A stretch of 64,000 nt of DNA. It comes from the human T2T-CHM13v2.0 reference genome, Homo sapiens. The DNA lies in assembly GCF_009914755.1 (NCBI RefSeq), contig NC_060947.1; one strand, 5' to 3'. Both the position numbers and the translations under genes were made by a program. The notes below the pieces were generated by a model. The model did not search any database. It was not told the origin of the DNA and saw nothing but the letters and a program-made list of their open reading frames with translations. Shown piece by piece: positions 44,769 through 60,249 of this stretch; the stretch's first letter is position 1; each line of letters begins with the position of its first letter.

Positions 44769-47150
44769 AAAAAGCTTATCCACCAAGATCAAGTAGGCTT
44801 TATCCCTGGGATGTAAAGTGGGTTCAACATATGCAAATCAAGAAATGTAATTTATAACATAAACAGAACTAAAAACAAAAACTACATGACTATCTCAATA
44901 AGGGCAGCAAAGGCATTCAATAAAATTCAACATCCATTCATGTTAAAAACTCTCAATAAACTAGGTACTGAAGGACAATACCTCAAAATAATAAGAGCTA
45001 TATATGATAAACCCACAGCTAACATCATACTAAATTGGCAAAAGCTGAAATCATTCCCCTAGAAAACTGTCACCAGACAAGTATGCCCTCTCTCACCATT
45101 CCTATTAGTCATAGTATTGGAAGTCCTGGCCAGGGCAATCAGGCAAGAGAAAGAAAAAAGTGCTTTCAAATAGGAAGAGAGGAAGTCAAACTATCCCTGT
45201 TTGCAGACAACATGATCCTATATCTATAAAATCCCGTTGTTTTAGCCCAAAATCTTCTTAAGCTGATAAAGAACTTCAGCAATGTTTCAGGATAAAAAAA
45301 TCAATGTGCAAAAATCACGAGCATACCTATACACCAACAACAGTAAAGCAAAGAGCCAAATCACGAACAAACTCTCATTTACAATTGCCACAAAAAGAAT
45401 AAAATACATAGGAATACAGCTAACTACGGAGGTGAAAGATCTCTACAAGGAGTACTACAAACCAATGTTCGAAGAAATCCGAGATGACACTAACAAATAA
45501 AGAAAATTCCATGCTCATGGATAGGAAGAATAAATATAGTTAAAATGGCCATACTCCTCAAAGCAATTTATAGATTCAATGCTGTTCCTATTAAGCAATC
45601 ATTAAGATTCTTCACAGAACTAGAAAAAAAATTTTAATTTATATGAAACCAGAAAAGAGCCTGAATAGTCAAGAAAATCCTGAGCAAAATGAACAAAGTT
45701 GCAGGCATCACATTACCAGACTTCAAATTATACTACAAGGCTACAGTAACCAAAACAGCATGGTACTGGTACAAAAACAGGCACATCAAATAGTGGAACA
45801 AAATAGAGAGCCCAGAAATAAGGCCATACATCTATGATCATCTGATCTTCAACATAGCTGACAAAAACAAGCAATGAGGAAAGGATTCCTTATTTAATAG
45901 ATGGTCATAGGATAACTGGCTAGTCATATGCAGAAGATTGAGGCTGGACCCCTTCCTTACAACACATAGAAAAATCAACAATTCGAGATGGATTAAAGAC
46001 TTAAATATAAAACCAAAAACTACAAAATAAAACCCTGGAAAACAACCTAAACAATACCATTCAGGACATAGCACAGGCAAAAGATGTCATAACAAAGATG
46101 CCAAAGGCAATTGCATCTAAAGCAAAATTTGACAAAAGGGATGTAATTAAAGAGTTACTGCACAGAAAAAAAACTATCAACAGAGTAAACAAGCAACCTA
46201 CAGAATTGTGAGAAAGTTTTGAAAACTGCACATCCAACAAAGGTCTAATAACCAACGTCTACAAGGAACTTAAACAAATTTACAAGAAACAAAACAACCC
46301 CATTAAAAAGTAGACAAAAGACATTAATAGGCACTTTTCAAAATAAGATATACATGTGGCCAACAATCATATGAAGAAAGCTCAACATCACTGATCATTA
46401 GAGAAATGCAAATCAAAACCACAATGAGATACCATCTTACACGAGTCAGAATCGCTATTATTAAACGTTCAAAAAATAACAGATGATGGCGAGGTTGCAA
46501 AGAAAAAGGAATGCTGTTGGGGGAAATGCAAATTAATTCAAACATTGTGGAAGACAGTGTAGTGATTCCTCAAAGACCTAAAGACAGAAATACAATTTGA
46601 CTCAACAATCCCATTGCTGGGTATATACCCAAAGAAATATCTGTTATATTTCACTATAAAAATCACTCTATTACACAGACACATACACATGTATAATTGC
46701 AGCACTATTCACAATAATAAAGACATGGAATCGACCTAAATGTCCACCAATTATAGACTGGATAAGGAAAATGTGATGTATATACATCATGGAATACTAG
46801 GCAGCTATAAAAAAGAACAACGTCATATCCCTTGTAGGGACATGGATGCAGCTGGAGGCCATTATTCTTAGCTAACTAACTCAGGAACAGAAAACTATAT
46901 ATCAGATGTTCTCACTTATAAGTTGGAGCTAAATGATGAGAATACATGTACACAGAGAGGGGTAAAACAAACAATGGGGCCTATCAGAATGTGGAGGGTG
47001 GCAGGAGAGAGAGAATCAGGAGAAATAACTAATGGTACTGGGCTTAATACCTAGGTGATGAAATAATCTGTACAACAAACCCACATGACACAAGTTTACC
47101 TATGTAACAAACCTGTGCCGATACCGCTGAACTTAAAAGATTTTTAAAAA

Positions 47151-47725
47151 GGACAAAGTTGCATCAACCTTTTTTAGTTTAAATTGAACTAGGAACAGAC
47201 ACCACTTATTGCTAAAATGGAACATTTACTTCCACTTTGGATTAAAAATTATAATAGTAAACAAATCCCAATCAGTTTGTTTACTGTTCAGGCCAAAGCA
47301 TTGAAGTTGGTTGCCACATTGAAAAAAATGGCATCTACAAGGAGAATGAAGAAACGTTTACTGCCAGTGAAGGCCAATTTCAGCATTTCAGAATTCATCA
47401 TGAATTGATTAATATTTAACTATCTGGTGAAGCTGCTAGAGCAGATAAGGATGCTGCTGTAAAACCTACACCCAGATTCAGGGATTACTTAATGCAAGTG
47501 GCTATGACAAAAATTATGAAGATATTCCAGAGGAAAGATGCCAGAAAAACTTCATATTAACTAAACTTTTGGAGATATTTTATGACACTGAAAGTACAAA
47601 ATATAAATTGTTGGAAGTTGAGCTCAACTTAGAAAGCAGAATGACAATAAGTAGAGGCGTGGAAAACATTTACTCTGTATCATGTTACACTGTGAGAAGA
47701 AGATAAACACTGCTAAAAACATATT
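47151..47725 (+). mobile_element. Tigger DNA transposon, right part
   Basis: ORF 47217-47408 MEHLLPLWIKN..QIPISLFTVQAKALKL (CENP-B-type HTH) followed by SGEAARADKDAA, typical of Tigger transposases. Confidence 0.75.
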
Positions 47726-49970
47726 TTTTAAAAAAATAGCAAATAAAAATTTATGTATTTATGATGTGAAAATGATATTTTGATATACATATATTTTGTG
47801 AAGTGGCTGACTCAAGCTAATAACGTTTGCAGTACCTCAAAAAATTATCGTGTTTGGGGAGTAAGATAATTTAAAATCTACTGTCTTGGTTGGGTGCAGT
47901 GGCTCACACCTGTAATCCCAGCACTTTGGGAGGCCAAGGCGGGCTGATAACCAGAGGTCAGGAGTTCGAGACCAGCCTGACAAACATGGTGAAACTCTGT
48001 CTCTACTAAAACTACAAAAATTATCCAGGCGTAGTGGCACATACCTGTAATTGCAGCTACTCGAGAAGCTGAGGTGGGAGAATCTCTTGAAACTGGGAGG
48101 CGGAGGTTACAGTGAACCGAGATCTTATCTTTGTTCTCAAAGATAAGTGCAGGAACCACCGCACCCCATCCTGGTTGACAGAGCAAAACCCTGTCTCAAA
48201 GAAAATCACAAAAAAACTGTCTTGACAATTTGCAAATATACAATGTGTTGTTACTAACTGTAGTCACAGTGATATACAATAGTTATCTTCAAGGTATTCC
48301 TCCTACTCAATTGAAACTTTGTATCCTTTGATCAAATCTCCCCAATCCCCTACCCACTAATCCCTGGTAGGCACCATCCTAATCTCTGCATCTATGAGTT
48401 TGACATTTTTAGATTCCAAATATATGTGAGGTCATACAGTTTATGTCTTTCTATAGCTGGCTTATTTCACTTAGCATAATATCTTCAAAGTTCATCTGTG
48501 TTGTTCCAAATGACAAGATTTTCTTCTTTTTGAAGGTTAAATAGAATACCATTGAATATATATACAACTTTTTGATCCATTCCTCTATTAATGAACACTT
48601 AGGTTCATACCATATCATGACTATTTTGAATAATGCTGCAATAAACATGAGAGAGTAGATATATCTTCATCCTTCTAATGTCATTTTCTTTGGACCCAGT
48701 GGTGATATTACTGGATAATATAGTAGTTATATTTTTAATTTATTGAGGAACCGCTATACTTTTTTTCTGTATGGCTGTGCTAATTTACACTCCCACAAAG
48801 AGTTGAGGTTTTTCTTTTTTCCATGTCCTCTCCAATACTTATTCTTCATACTAGTCACAGCCATCCTAACTGACATGAGGTGACATTTCACTGTGGTTTT
48901 AATTTGCATTTCCCTGACAATTACAGATGGTAAGCATTTTTTCCTATACACTGTTGGCCATTTGTATATCTTATTTTGAGATATGTCTATTCAGGTCCTT
49001 TGCTCACTTTTAATCAGGTTGTTTTGTTGCTACTGAGTTGTTTGAGTTCCTTATATATTTTTAAAATTAGCCCATTATCAGATGTATAGTTTCCAAATAT
49101 GTTCTTTCATTCCATAGGTTATCTTTTCACTCTGCTGACTTTTTTTTTTGGCTTTATGGAAGATTTTTAGTTTAACACAATCTCATTTGTCAATTTATGC
49201 TTTTGTTCCCTGTGCTTTTGGGCTATATTTTAAAAATCTTAAAAATCATTTCCCAGACCAACGTCATGGGATTTGCCTTTATGTTTAGTTTTACAGTTTC
49301 AGACCTTACATTTAAGTCTTTATTCCATTTGAAGTTGAATTTTGTATTTGGTGTGAGAGGAGACTCTAATTTTATTTCTCTACATGTAGTTATCCAGCTT
49401 TCCAAGCACCATTTTTTAAGAGACTCCCTTTTCCTTACCTGTGTGTTCTTGGCATCTTTTCCAAGAATCAATTGACCTTAAGTATGTGAATTTGTTTCTG
49501 GGCCTTGTATTCCATCTACTCTATTGGTGTGTGTGTGTCTGTCTGTCTGTCTGTCTGTTTTTTGCCAGTTTCATGCTGTTTTGACTACTATAGCTTTGTA
49601 GTATATTTTGAAGTCATGTAGTGTGACATCTCTAACTTTACACTTTTTGGTTAATATTGCTTTGGGTATTCACTGTCTTTTGCAGTTCTACATGAATTTT
49701 TGGATAGTTTGTTCCATTTCTTTGAAAATTTCCATTGGAATTCTGACAGGAATTGCATTTAATCTTTAAATTTTTGGGGGGTAATATGGATATTTTAACC
49801 ATATTAATTGTTCTAATTAATGAGCCTAGAATATCTTTTCATTGGCTTGTGTCTTCTTCAACATCTTTCACCAATGTTTTATAGATTTTCTTAAGGAAAT
49901 ATTTTATTTCTTTGGTTAAAGTTATTCCTATGCACTTTTTTTGTAGATATTAGAAATGTGATTGTTGCCT
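47726..49970 (-). mobile_element. L1MA (MA8/9-like) 3' part; resumes at 55926
   Basis: Antisense L1MA 3' UTR (TTTAAAATCTACT..TTTGCAAATATACAATG..CTAACTGTAGTCAC) and ORF2 C-terminus. Confidence 0.82.
47888..48215 (+). mobile_element. AluS with a roughly 30-bp foreign insert in the right arm
   Basis: Full Alu; ACTGTCTTG duplicated on both flanks. Confidence 0.92.
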
Positions 49971-49974
49971 AAGG

Positions 49975-52900
49975 TTCCAGAGATTACCGCAACTCCAGGT
50001 TTGAGAGGATACATGAAGACTTTCCTTCTGTGGCCATTCACAAGGACAACCTCACAAGGATACAGCCTGTCTGCCAAACATGGACCTGTCTGAGTCAGTT
50101 CTTGTGCACCAGATCCAACAAAAGAAATTCAAGCATGAAGCCAGTGATTGAAGGAAGCTACCCCAAGGCCCAAGAATGAAATAGGTGAGGAGAATATTTC
50201 TCTATCTTCCACCAAAGAACACTACTGCCAACTGTACCAAAACACAAAAGAGCCTTATAGCAGAGTAAGAGTCTGTCTGCTGTCTTAAAACTCTTAGATA
50301 CCAACTACTGGATCACAGCCCAAAATACAACACCAAAATATTTTGCCAGTATACAGGGCCTGTGAAAATTAAGGCAAAAATTCCCTCCAGCATCCCACAC
50401 CAGCTGACACACATGCACCCAACCACATCACCATGGCTGCTGGTACACATGAGCAAGCACAGATAATGCAACCACCGCCCTAAAGAAGCACTTTGGCTGG
50501 TGGTCCCCATTGGAGTTTTGTGGGCAGCTGAATGGACACACCTTGGCCTCTTCTCTGCAGCAGTTTCCTGAAATTGAGGGGCCAGAGAACAAATCCAGGA
50601 GCCTGGTATCAGCCCCCCAGAATTAGAGCACACAGCCCAGGACTGACTGAGCTGAACCTTGCTCTCCTGAAATCTTCAAGAATAAAGGCTACTTGACTAA
50701 ACCCACCATATACCAAAATCAAGCCCCCAAGAGCATCAAGGAAGATAAGAGCAAAAAACCACATCCAAAGGACAGCAGCTTCAATGATTAAAGGAACAAC
50801 AGCCCACACAGATGAGAAAGAACCAGCACAAGAACACATGCAATTCAAAAAGCCAGAGTATCTTCTTACATCCAAATGACCACACCTGTTCCTCAACAAT
50901 AGTTCTTAGCCAGGCTGAAATGAATGAAATAACAGACATAGAATTCAAAATATGGATAGAAATTAAGATCATCAAGATACAGGAGACAGTCAAAATCCAA
51001 TCTGAAATAGTTAAGAAATACAATAAAATAATACAAGAGCTAAAATAGAAACTGGCCATTTTAAGAAAGCACCAAACTATCTGATAGAGCTGGAAAACAC
51101 ACTATAAGTATTTGATAACACAATCACAATATTAACAGCAGAATAGACAAAACTGAGGAAAGAATCTGAGAGTAGCTTGAAGACTAGTTTTTTAAATTAA
51201 CTCAGTAAGATGAGAATAAAGAAACAAGAATGAAAGGAATGAACAAAATATCCATGAAAGATGAGATTATATAAAGAGACCAAATACACAACTCATTGGC
51301 AACCCTGAAAGAGAGGGAGAGAAAACAAGCAACTTGGAAAACATATTTCAGGATATTGTCCATGAAAATTTTTCCAAACTCACTAGAGAGGCCAACATTC
51401 AGATAACGGAAATGAAGAGAACCCCTGCATAATAGACAAGATGACAATCTCCAAGACACTTAGTCACAAGATTCTTCAAGGATGACATGAAAGTAAAAAT
51501 ATTAAAGGCAGCTAGAGAGAAGAGACAGGTCATCAACAACCGAAACCCCATCAGACTAACAGCAGAACTTTCAGCAGAAACCCTAAGCCAGAAGAGATTG
51601 AGGGCCATATTCAGCATTCCTTAAGAAAAGAAACACCAACCAAAAATTTCATATCCAGCCAAATTTAGCATCATAAGTGAAGGAGAAATAAGATTCTTTT
51701 TCAGACAAAGAAAAGCTAAGTGAATTTGTTACCACTAGAACTGCCTTACAAGAAGTCTTTAAGGGAGTGCTAAATGTGGAAACGAAAGCCTGTTACCAGC
51801 AATCACAACAACACACTTAAGTACATAGCCCACTGATATTATAAAGCAGCTACACAATCAAGTCTGCATAATCACCAGCTAACAACCTGCTTACATGATT
51901 AAATCTGACATATATCAATATTAACCTTGAATGTAAATGGGCTAATAGCCCCAATTAAAGGGCACATAGTGGTAAGTTAGATAAAGAAGCAAAACTCAAC
52001 TGTATGCTGTCTTCAAGTGACCCATCTCACATGCAATGATACCCATAGGCTGAAGGCAAAGGGATCTAGAAAAATCTACCAAGTAAATAGAAAACAAAAA
52101 CAAACAGGCATTGCTATTCTAATTTCACACACGAAAAAAGGACATTTAAACAACAATTATTAAAAAAAAAGGCAAAGAGAAGCATTTCCAAGTGATAAAG
52201 GGTTCAATTCATAAAGAAGACCTAACTATCCTGAATATGTATGACCCCAACACAGGAGCAAACAAATTCATAAAGCAAGTTTAATTAGAGACCAATGAAG
52301 AGACTTAGATTCCCACAAAATAATAGTGGGATACTTCAACACCTCACAGACACTATGAGACAGATTATAGAGGCAGAAAACTAAAAAAAGTTACTGAGGA
52401 ACTCAACTTGACACTTGACCACATGGACCTTACAAACATCTACGAAACATTCCACCTAAATACAGCAACATATACATTCTTGTCATCTGCACATGGCACA
52501 AACTCTAAAATTGACTACAGAATTGGCCATAAAGTATTTCTCAGCAAATTAAAAAAAAAATCTTACCCACCACACTCTTGGAACACAGCAGAATAATATT
52601 AAAAGCCAATATTAAGAATATTTCTCAGAACCATACAATTACATGGAAATTAAACAACCTGCCACTGAATGACTTCTGGGAAAACAATAAAATTAAGGCA
52701 GAAATTAAGAAATTTTTTGAAACTAATGAGAACAAAGATAAAACATACCAGAATCTCCTGCACACAGCTAAAGCAGTTTAAGTGGAATGTTTATAGTGCT
52801 AAACGTTCACATAAAGAAATTAGAAGATTTCAAATTAACAACCTAACATCGCACTTGGAGGAATGAGAAAAACAAGAGCAAACCAACCTGAAACATAGCA

Positions 52901-55900
52901 GAAGACAAGAAATAATCAAAATCAGAGTTTAACTGAATGAAACTGATACACGAAAAAACATACAAAAGATCAATGAATCTAGGAGTGGTTCTTTGAAAGG
53001 ACAAATAAGATTAATAGACATCTAGTTAGATTAATAAAGAAAATAAAAGAAAAGAACCAAACAAATGATCAGAAATAACAAAGAAGATATTGCCATTGTC
53101 CTCACAGAAGTAGAAAAAAACCCTTAGAAACTATTACAATCATCTTTATGTACACAATCTAGAAAACCTAGAAGAAATGGATAAATACCTGAAAACAACT
53201 TCCCACGATTGACCCAAAAAGAAATTAAATACCTGAACAGACCAACAAAGAGTCATAACATTGAATCCATAATAAGAGGCCTACAAAACAGAAAAATCCC
53301 TAGACCAGACGGAGTCAGCGAAAAATACTGCCAGTCATATAAAGAATAGCTGGTACCATTACTATGGAAACCATTCCAAAAAAAAAAAAAATTAAGGAAG
53401 ATGGACTCCTCCCTAACTCATTCTGTGAGGCAAGCATCATTCTGATACTAACCCTGGCAGACATAGAGCAAACAAGAAAATTTCAGGTCAATATCTTTGA
53501 AGAAAATAGATGCCAAAATCCTTAACAAAATACTATCAGGCCAAATTCAGCAGCACATCCAAAAGCTAATCCACCATGATCAAGTAGGCCTTATCTCTGT
53601 GATGCAAGGTTGGTTGAACATACACATATCAATAAATGTGATTCATTCCATAAACAGAATTAAAATCAAAAGATCACATGATTATCTGAATAGATGCAGG
53701 AAAAAAAATTTTAATAAAATTCAACATCACTTCATGTTAAAAACCCTCAACAAATGAGGCATTGAAGGAACATTCATCAAAATAATAAGAGCCATTTATG
53801 ACAAACACATAGCCAGTATTATACAGAAAGGGCCAAAGCTGGAAGCATTCCCCTTCAGAATCAGAACATGACAGAGATGACTACTTTCACCACTCCTATT
53901 CAACAAAATAATGGAAGTTCTAACCAGAGTAATCAGGCAAGAGAAAGAAATAAAAGGCATCCAAATAGTAAAAGAGGAAGTCAAATTATTTCTGTTTGCA
54001 GACAATGTGATTTTATGCCAAGCAAATCCCATAGGCTCTGCCCAAAAACGCCTAGATCTGACAAACAACTTCAGCAAATTTCAGGTACAAAATCAATGTA
54101 CAAAAATCAGTAGCATTTCTATACATCAAAAACATTCAAGCTGAGTGCAAAATCAATAATAAAATTCCATTCACAATAGCCATACAGAAATAAAATACCT
54201 AGGAGTACAACTAATGAAGGAGGTGAAAGATCTCTACAATGAAAATTATAAAACACTGATGAAACCAATCAAATATGACACGAACAAATGGGAAAACATT
54301 TCATGCTCAAGGATAGAAAGAATCAATGTTCTTACAATGACCACACTGCCCAAAACAATTCACAGATTCAACACTATTCTCACCAAACTAAAAATGACAT
54401 TCTTGACATAATTGAAAAAAAATTAAAAATTCATATGGAACAAAAAAAGAGCCAGAATAGCTAAAGAAATCCTGAGCAAAAAAAACAAAGCTGAAGGCAC
54501 TGCATTACCCGACTTCAAACTATACCAAAAGGTTATAGCAACCTAAACAACATGACACTTGTACAAAAACAGATATATAGACAAATGAAACATAATAGAA
54601 AGCCCAGAAATAAAGCCACACAGCTACAACCATCTGATCTTCAATAAAATCAACAAAAACAATCAATGGGAAAAGGTCGCTCTATTCTATAAATTGTACC
54701 AGTATAACTGGCTAGCCATATGCAGAAGATGGTAATTTCAGCCCTTTCTTACATCATCTACAAAAGGTAACTCAAAATTAATTAAATACTTAAATGTAAA
54801 ACCTAAAACTATAAACACTCCTTCAGAAATTTTAGAAAATACCATTCTGAATGTAGGCTCTGGCAATAATTTCATGATGAAGATGCCAAAAGCAATTGCA
54901 ACAAAAACAAAACTAAATTAGTGGAACCTAATTAAACTAAAGATCTTCTACCCAGCAAAAGAAACTATCCAAACAGTAAACAGAAAACTCACAAAATGGA
55001 AGAAAATATTTGCAAACTATGTATCCAACAAAGGCCTAATATCCAGAATCTATAAGGAACTTAAATTAACAAGCAGAAAACAACTCCATTAAACAGTAGG
55101 CAAAAGACACAAACAGTCACTTCTCAAAAGAAGACGCACATGTGACAAAGAAGAAGCATATGAAAAAAAAATACTCAGCAGTACTAATTGTTAGAGAAAT
55201 GCACATCAAAACCACAATGAGATACCATCTCACACTAGTAAGAATGGCTATTACTAAAAAGTCAAAGAATCACATGCTGGTAAAGTTGCAGAGAAAAGAT
55301 AATGCTTATAAACTGCTGTTGGTAATGTAAATTAATTCAGCCACTGTAAAAAGCAGTTTGGCATTTCCTCAAAGAACTTAAAATAGAACTGCCATTCAAC
55401 CCATCAATCCCATTATTGGGTACATATCCAAAGGAGTATAAATTGTTCTACCATGAAGACACATGCATGGGTATGTTGATTGTATCAGTATTCACAATAA
55501 CAAAGACATAGAATCCACCTAGATGTCCATCAACAGTAGGCTGAATAACAAAAATGTACATGTACACCATGAAATAGTAAGAAGACATTTAAAAAATGAG
55601 ACCATGTCATGCAGCAATAAGAATTGAGCTGCAGTCCATTACCCTAATTAACAGAAAACCAAGTACTGCACGTCCTCACTTACAACAGGGAGCTAAACAT
55701 TGAGTGCACATGGACACAAAGAAAACAATAGACACCAAGGCATAATTCAACGTGCAAGGTGGGTGGAGGATGAGGATCAAAAAACAACCTATTGGGTACT
55801 GTGCTTATTACGATGTGATGAAATAACCTGTACACCTGTACACATGTGTAACCTGTACACATGATTTTCCTATATAATAAGCCTGCACATGTACCCTTGA

Positions 55901-55925
55901 AACTAATATAAAAGTTTTTTAAAAA
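49975..55925 (+). mobile_element. Near full-length, decayed L1PA15/16-like element (partial 5' UTR, ORF1, ORF2, 3' UTR)
   Basis: ORF1 start MRKNQHKN (50812); ORF2 start ILTLNVNGL (about 51918); RT fragments; 3' end GCCTGCACATGTACCCTTGAAACTAATATAAAAG. Confidence 0.9.
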
Positions 55926-57878
<1,953 letters not shown>

Positions 57879-58365
57879 TCACTCCAGCAGCGACCTGGGT
57901 CTTAAGATACTTCTGCTGGTTTTCAGTGGGTCTATATTAATACTGCTTGAGAGTGATAAAAATGCATACTTGAAATTACCTAAATTGTGTAACAAAGCCA
58001 AGAAAGAATTATAAAGTGAAAAAGAAATGTCAATTATTTTCTTTAAACTGCAATTTCTACACATTAACAGAATACAGGGAGAAAACAGAAAGATTCCTAA
58101 GTTCATGAGATGCAACAGTAAGTCAAAAAATAACGACTGTACAGGAAAGTATAGTAGCAAAGCACTGTCTCGCTGACTTTAAGCAGTTCCTGAAGAAAAC
58201 TGTGGCCATTAAAAGATCTTTTTGGAGAACTAGATAATCATTAATAGAAAAGAAAGCATACTCTTTCCTGTGTAATTCCCCAAAGAAAAGTGTGATAGGC
58301 TTCACGGCAGGTAAATTTTATTTTAAATACCCTTAAAACTGCAAATTCTACATCTATTTAAAATA

Positions 58366-58391
58366 CATATATATATATATATATATATATA
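58366..58391. repeat. (AT)n microsatellite
   Basis: About 12-13 AT units seen directly. Confidence 0.9.
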
Positions 58392-58606
58392 AAATTTGGG
58401 GGCACTTATTGGAAATGACGTATTTCTTCTGCCTTTGAGCCTCCACTACATTGTGGCTAGGCCCGTGAGGACACACACACAAACCCCTAATTCACAAAAT
58501 AAAATTTACATGCTTTCTCATGTGGTTCAGAAATGGTTCTGATAGGATAACAGAAGATTTAAAAGTATATTAAAACCAACTGCTTTTGAAACTAAAAATG
58601 TTTCCT

Positions 58607-59333
58607 TGTCCCCTCTGCAGGGTGTGCAATGGGGGTGTGATGTGCTTCTTCAGTGCCCCTGTGCTCAAACCTCTAGAGGGAGCTCGCAGATGGCTAAGTT
58701 GTGGAGCTCCGACCACAAGGCAGTGTCTAGGAGTGAATGTGTTACAGTATGCCCTTTCAGTTTAGCCTCCCATAGGTGGCCATTGTGTTAGTCAGCTCAA
58801 GTAGACCAACTGCCTTATCGCAAGGACAGACGGCTTTCTGTATCCTGCGGTTTCTTGCCTTGGTGTACTGGAAGAATTGGATCACACGTGGGCTTGGAGA
58901 ATGAGTGCAAAGTTTTATTGAGAGGAAGTAGCTCTTCAGCAGATCGGGGAGCCAGAAGGGAGATGGAGTGGGAAGGTGGTTTTCCCCTGGAGTTGGGCCA
59001 CTCAGCGGCTGGGGCTCTCCTCCAACTGTCCTGGCCAAACTCCACACTGTTCCACCTGTTGATGGCCTGCTGGTATGCCGATATCTGTTGGTGAGCTCTT
59101 ATGCCAGTGCGTTCCTCTCTGCTTGCGTGCCGGCCTGCTAAAGTATTGAGGTTTTTTTAGGCACATGATGGAGGAATGGTGGATCAGGATGGTCTTGGAA
59201 AATGCAATATTTGGGCAGGAAAACAGAAATGCCTGTCTTCACCTATGTTCTTGAGCACAAGCATGGGGTTGGAGCCCTAGCCAGGAACCACACCCTTCCC
59301 TTCCCTGTATTTCCCTGCCTCACTTCAATATTA
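58607..59333 (-). mobile_element. Solo ERV1 LTR (LTR27/LTR28/MER52-like)
   Basis: CCTTATCGCAAGGACAGA..TTCTTGCCTTGGTGTACTGG..GAGTGCAAAGTTTTATTGAG (antisense AATAAA)..GGAAAATGCAATATTTGGGC. Confidence 0.8.
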
Positions 59334-60057
59334 CTTGCAAAAAACATTATTAAAAATATGAACCTCAAACTTCCTGAGTAAATTGGGCTTAAAAAGTTAT
59401 TGAAAGGCTAAAACATAAGTGAAAAACTTTCATTTTTGTTGTTTTGCCTTGGTCTTAGATCATCAGCTCATACTCTATATTTTGGGGAAGAGCTTACTAA
59501 TGACTTTACAGGGGCTCACTGGTGTGTTAGGAACGAGTTAGAAGAATGCCAGTGTATTATTCTCCTCAATGTTTGAGAAAGCCAAGTGGGGCCTAGGGCT
59601 CAACATTGGCCAGCCCTGAGCTTCTGTCTCTGTATAGACAGAGACAGAATAGAGGAGTATTCCAGTACTCCTCTATTGAGGAGTAGGCAAGGAGATCAAT
59701 TAGATTGCAGTATTGTCCAGTAAGTTATACAAATATTTTCAGTTTTGATGGGTGTCATGTGTGAAAAATATTAGAAAGCACTTTTTAAGAAATGCCTTGT
59801 AAAGTGTTTATCAAAATGTACTCTATAGAGTCCCATGACTTGCTCTTTGAGGATGGAGTTCTGTGGCCAAATAATTTTGGGCATGATCACCTTTTCTTCC
59901 TGTTGAAAATTAATAATGAAAATTAGCATAGTAAAAGTTAAGAAGTCTTACAGTAAGAGAACATGTTTAATTTTACTTAACCCAGTGTTTTCCAAATGCA
60001 TTGGACCATGGGAAATTTTATTTCTTTCTTTCTCATTTTGTAGTGAAACTAATGTTT

Positions 60058-60218
60058 TGTAAAGAGATAATAATAATAATACCTACCTCATAGTGTTATT
60101 TTAAGAATTAAAATTATGCACAGAGAGTTCTTAGCATAGTCTCACATATAGTAAATATACAATATATGTTATCCATTATCCAAATACACAATATATGTTA
60201 TCCATAGTTGTTATTATA
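60058..60218 (+). mobile_element. MIR 3' half with a small tandem duplication
   Basis: TGTAAAA..ATAATAATACCTACCTCATAG..CTTAGCATAGT; AAATA(T/C)ACAATATATGTTATCCAT occurs twice. Confidence 0.75.
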
Positions 60219-60249
60219 ATCAGCCAAGAGTTACAGCAATCAGTTTCAG

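Noticed and set aside
49975-55925. Potentially active full-length L1
   Set aside because: Both ORFs are broken by many stops and frameshifts (no ORF2 piece over 100 aa in the track), and the subfamily is old
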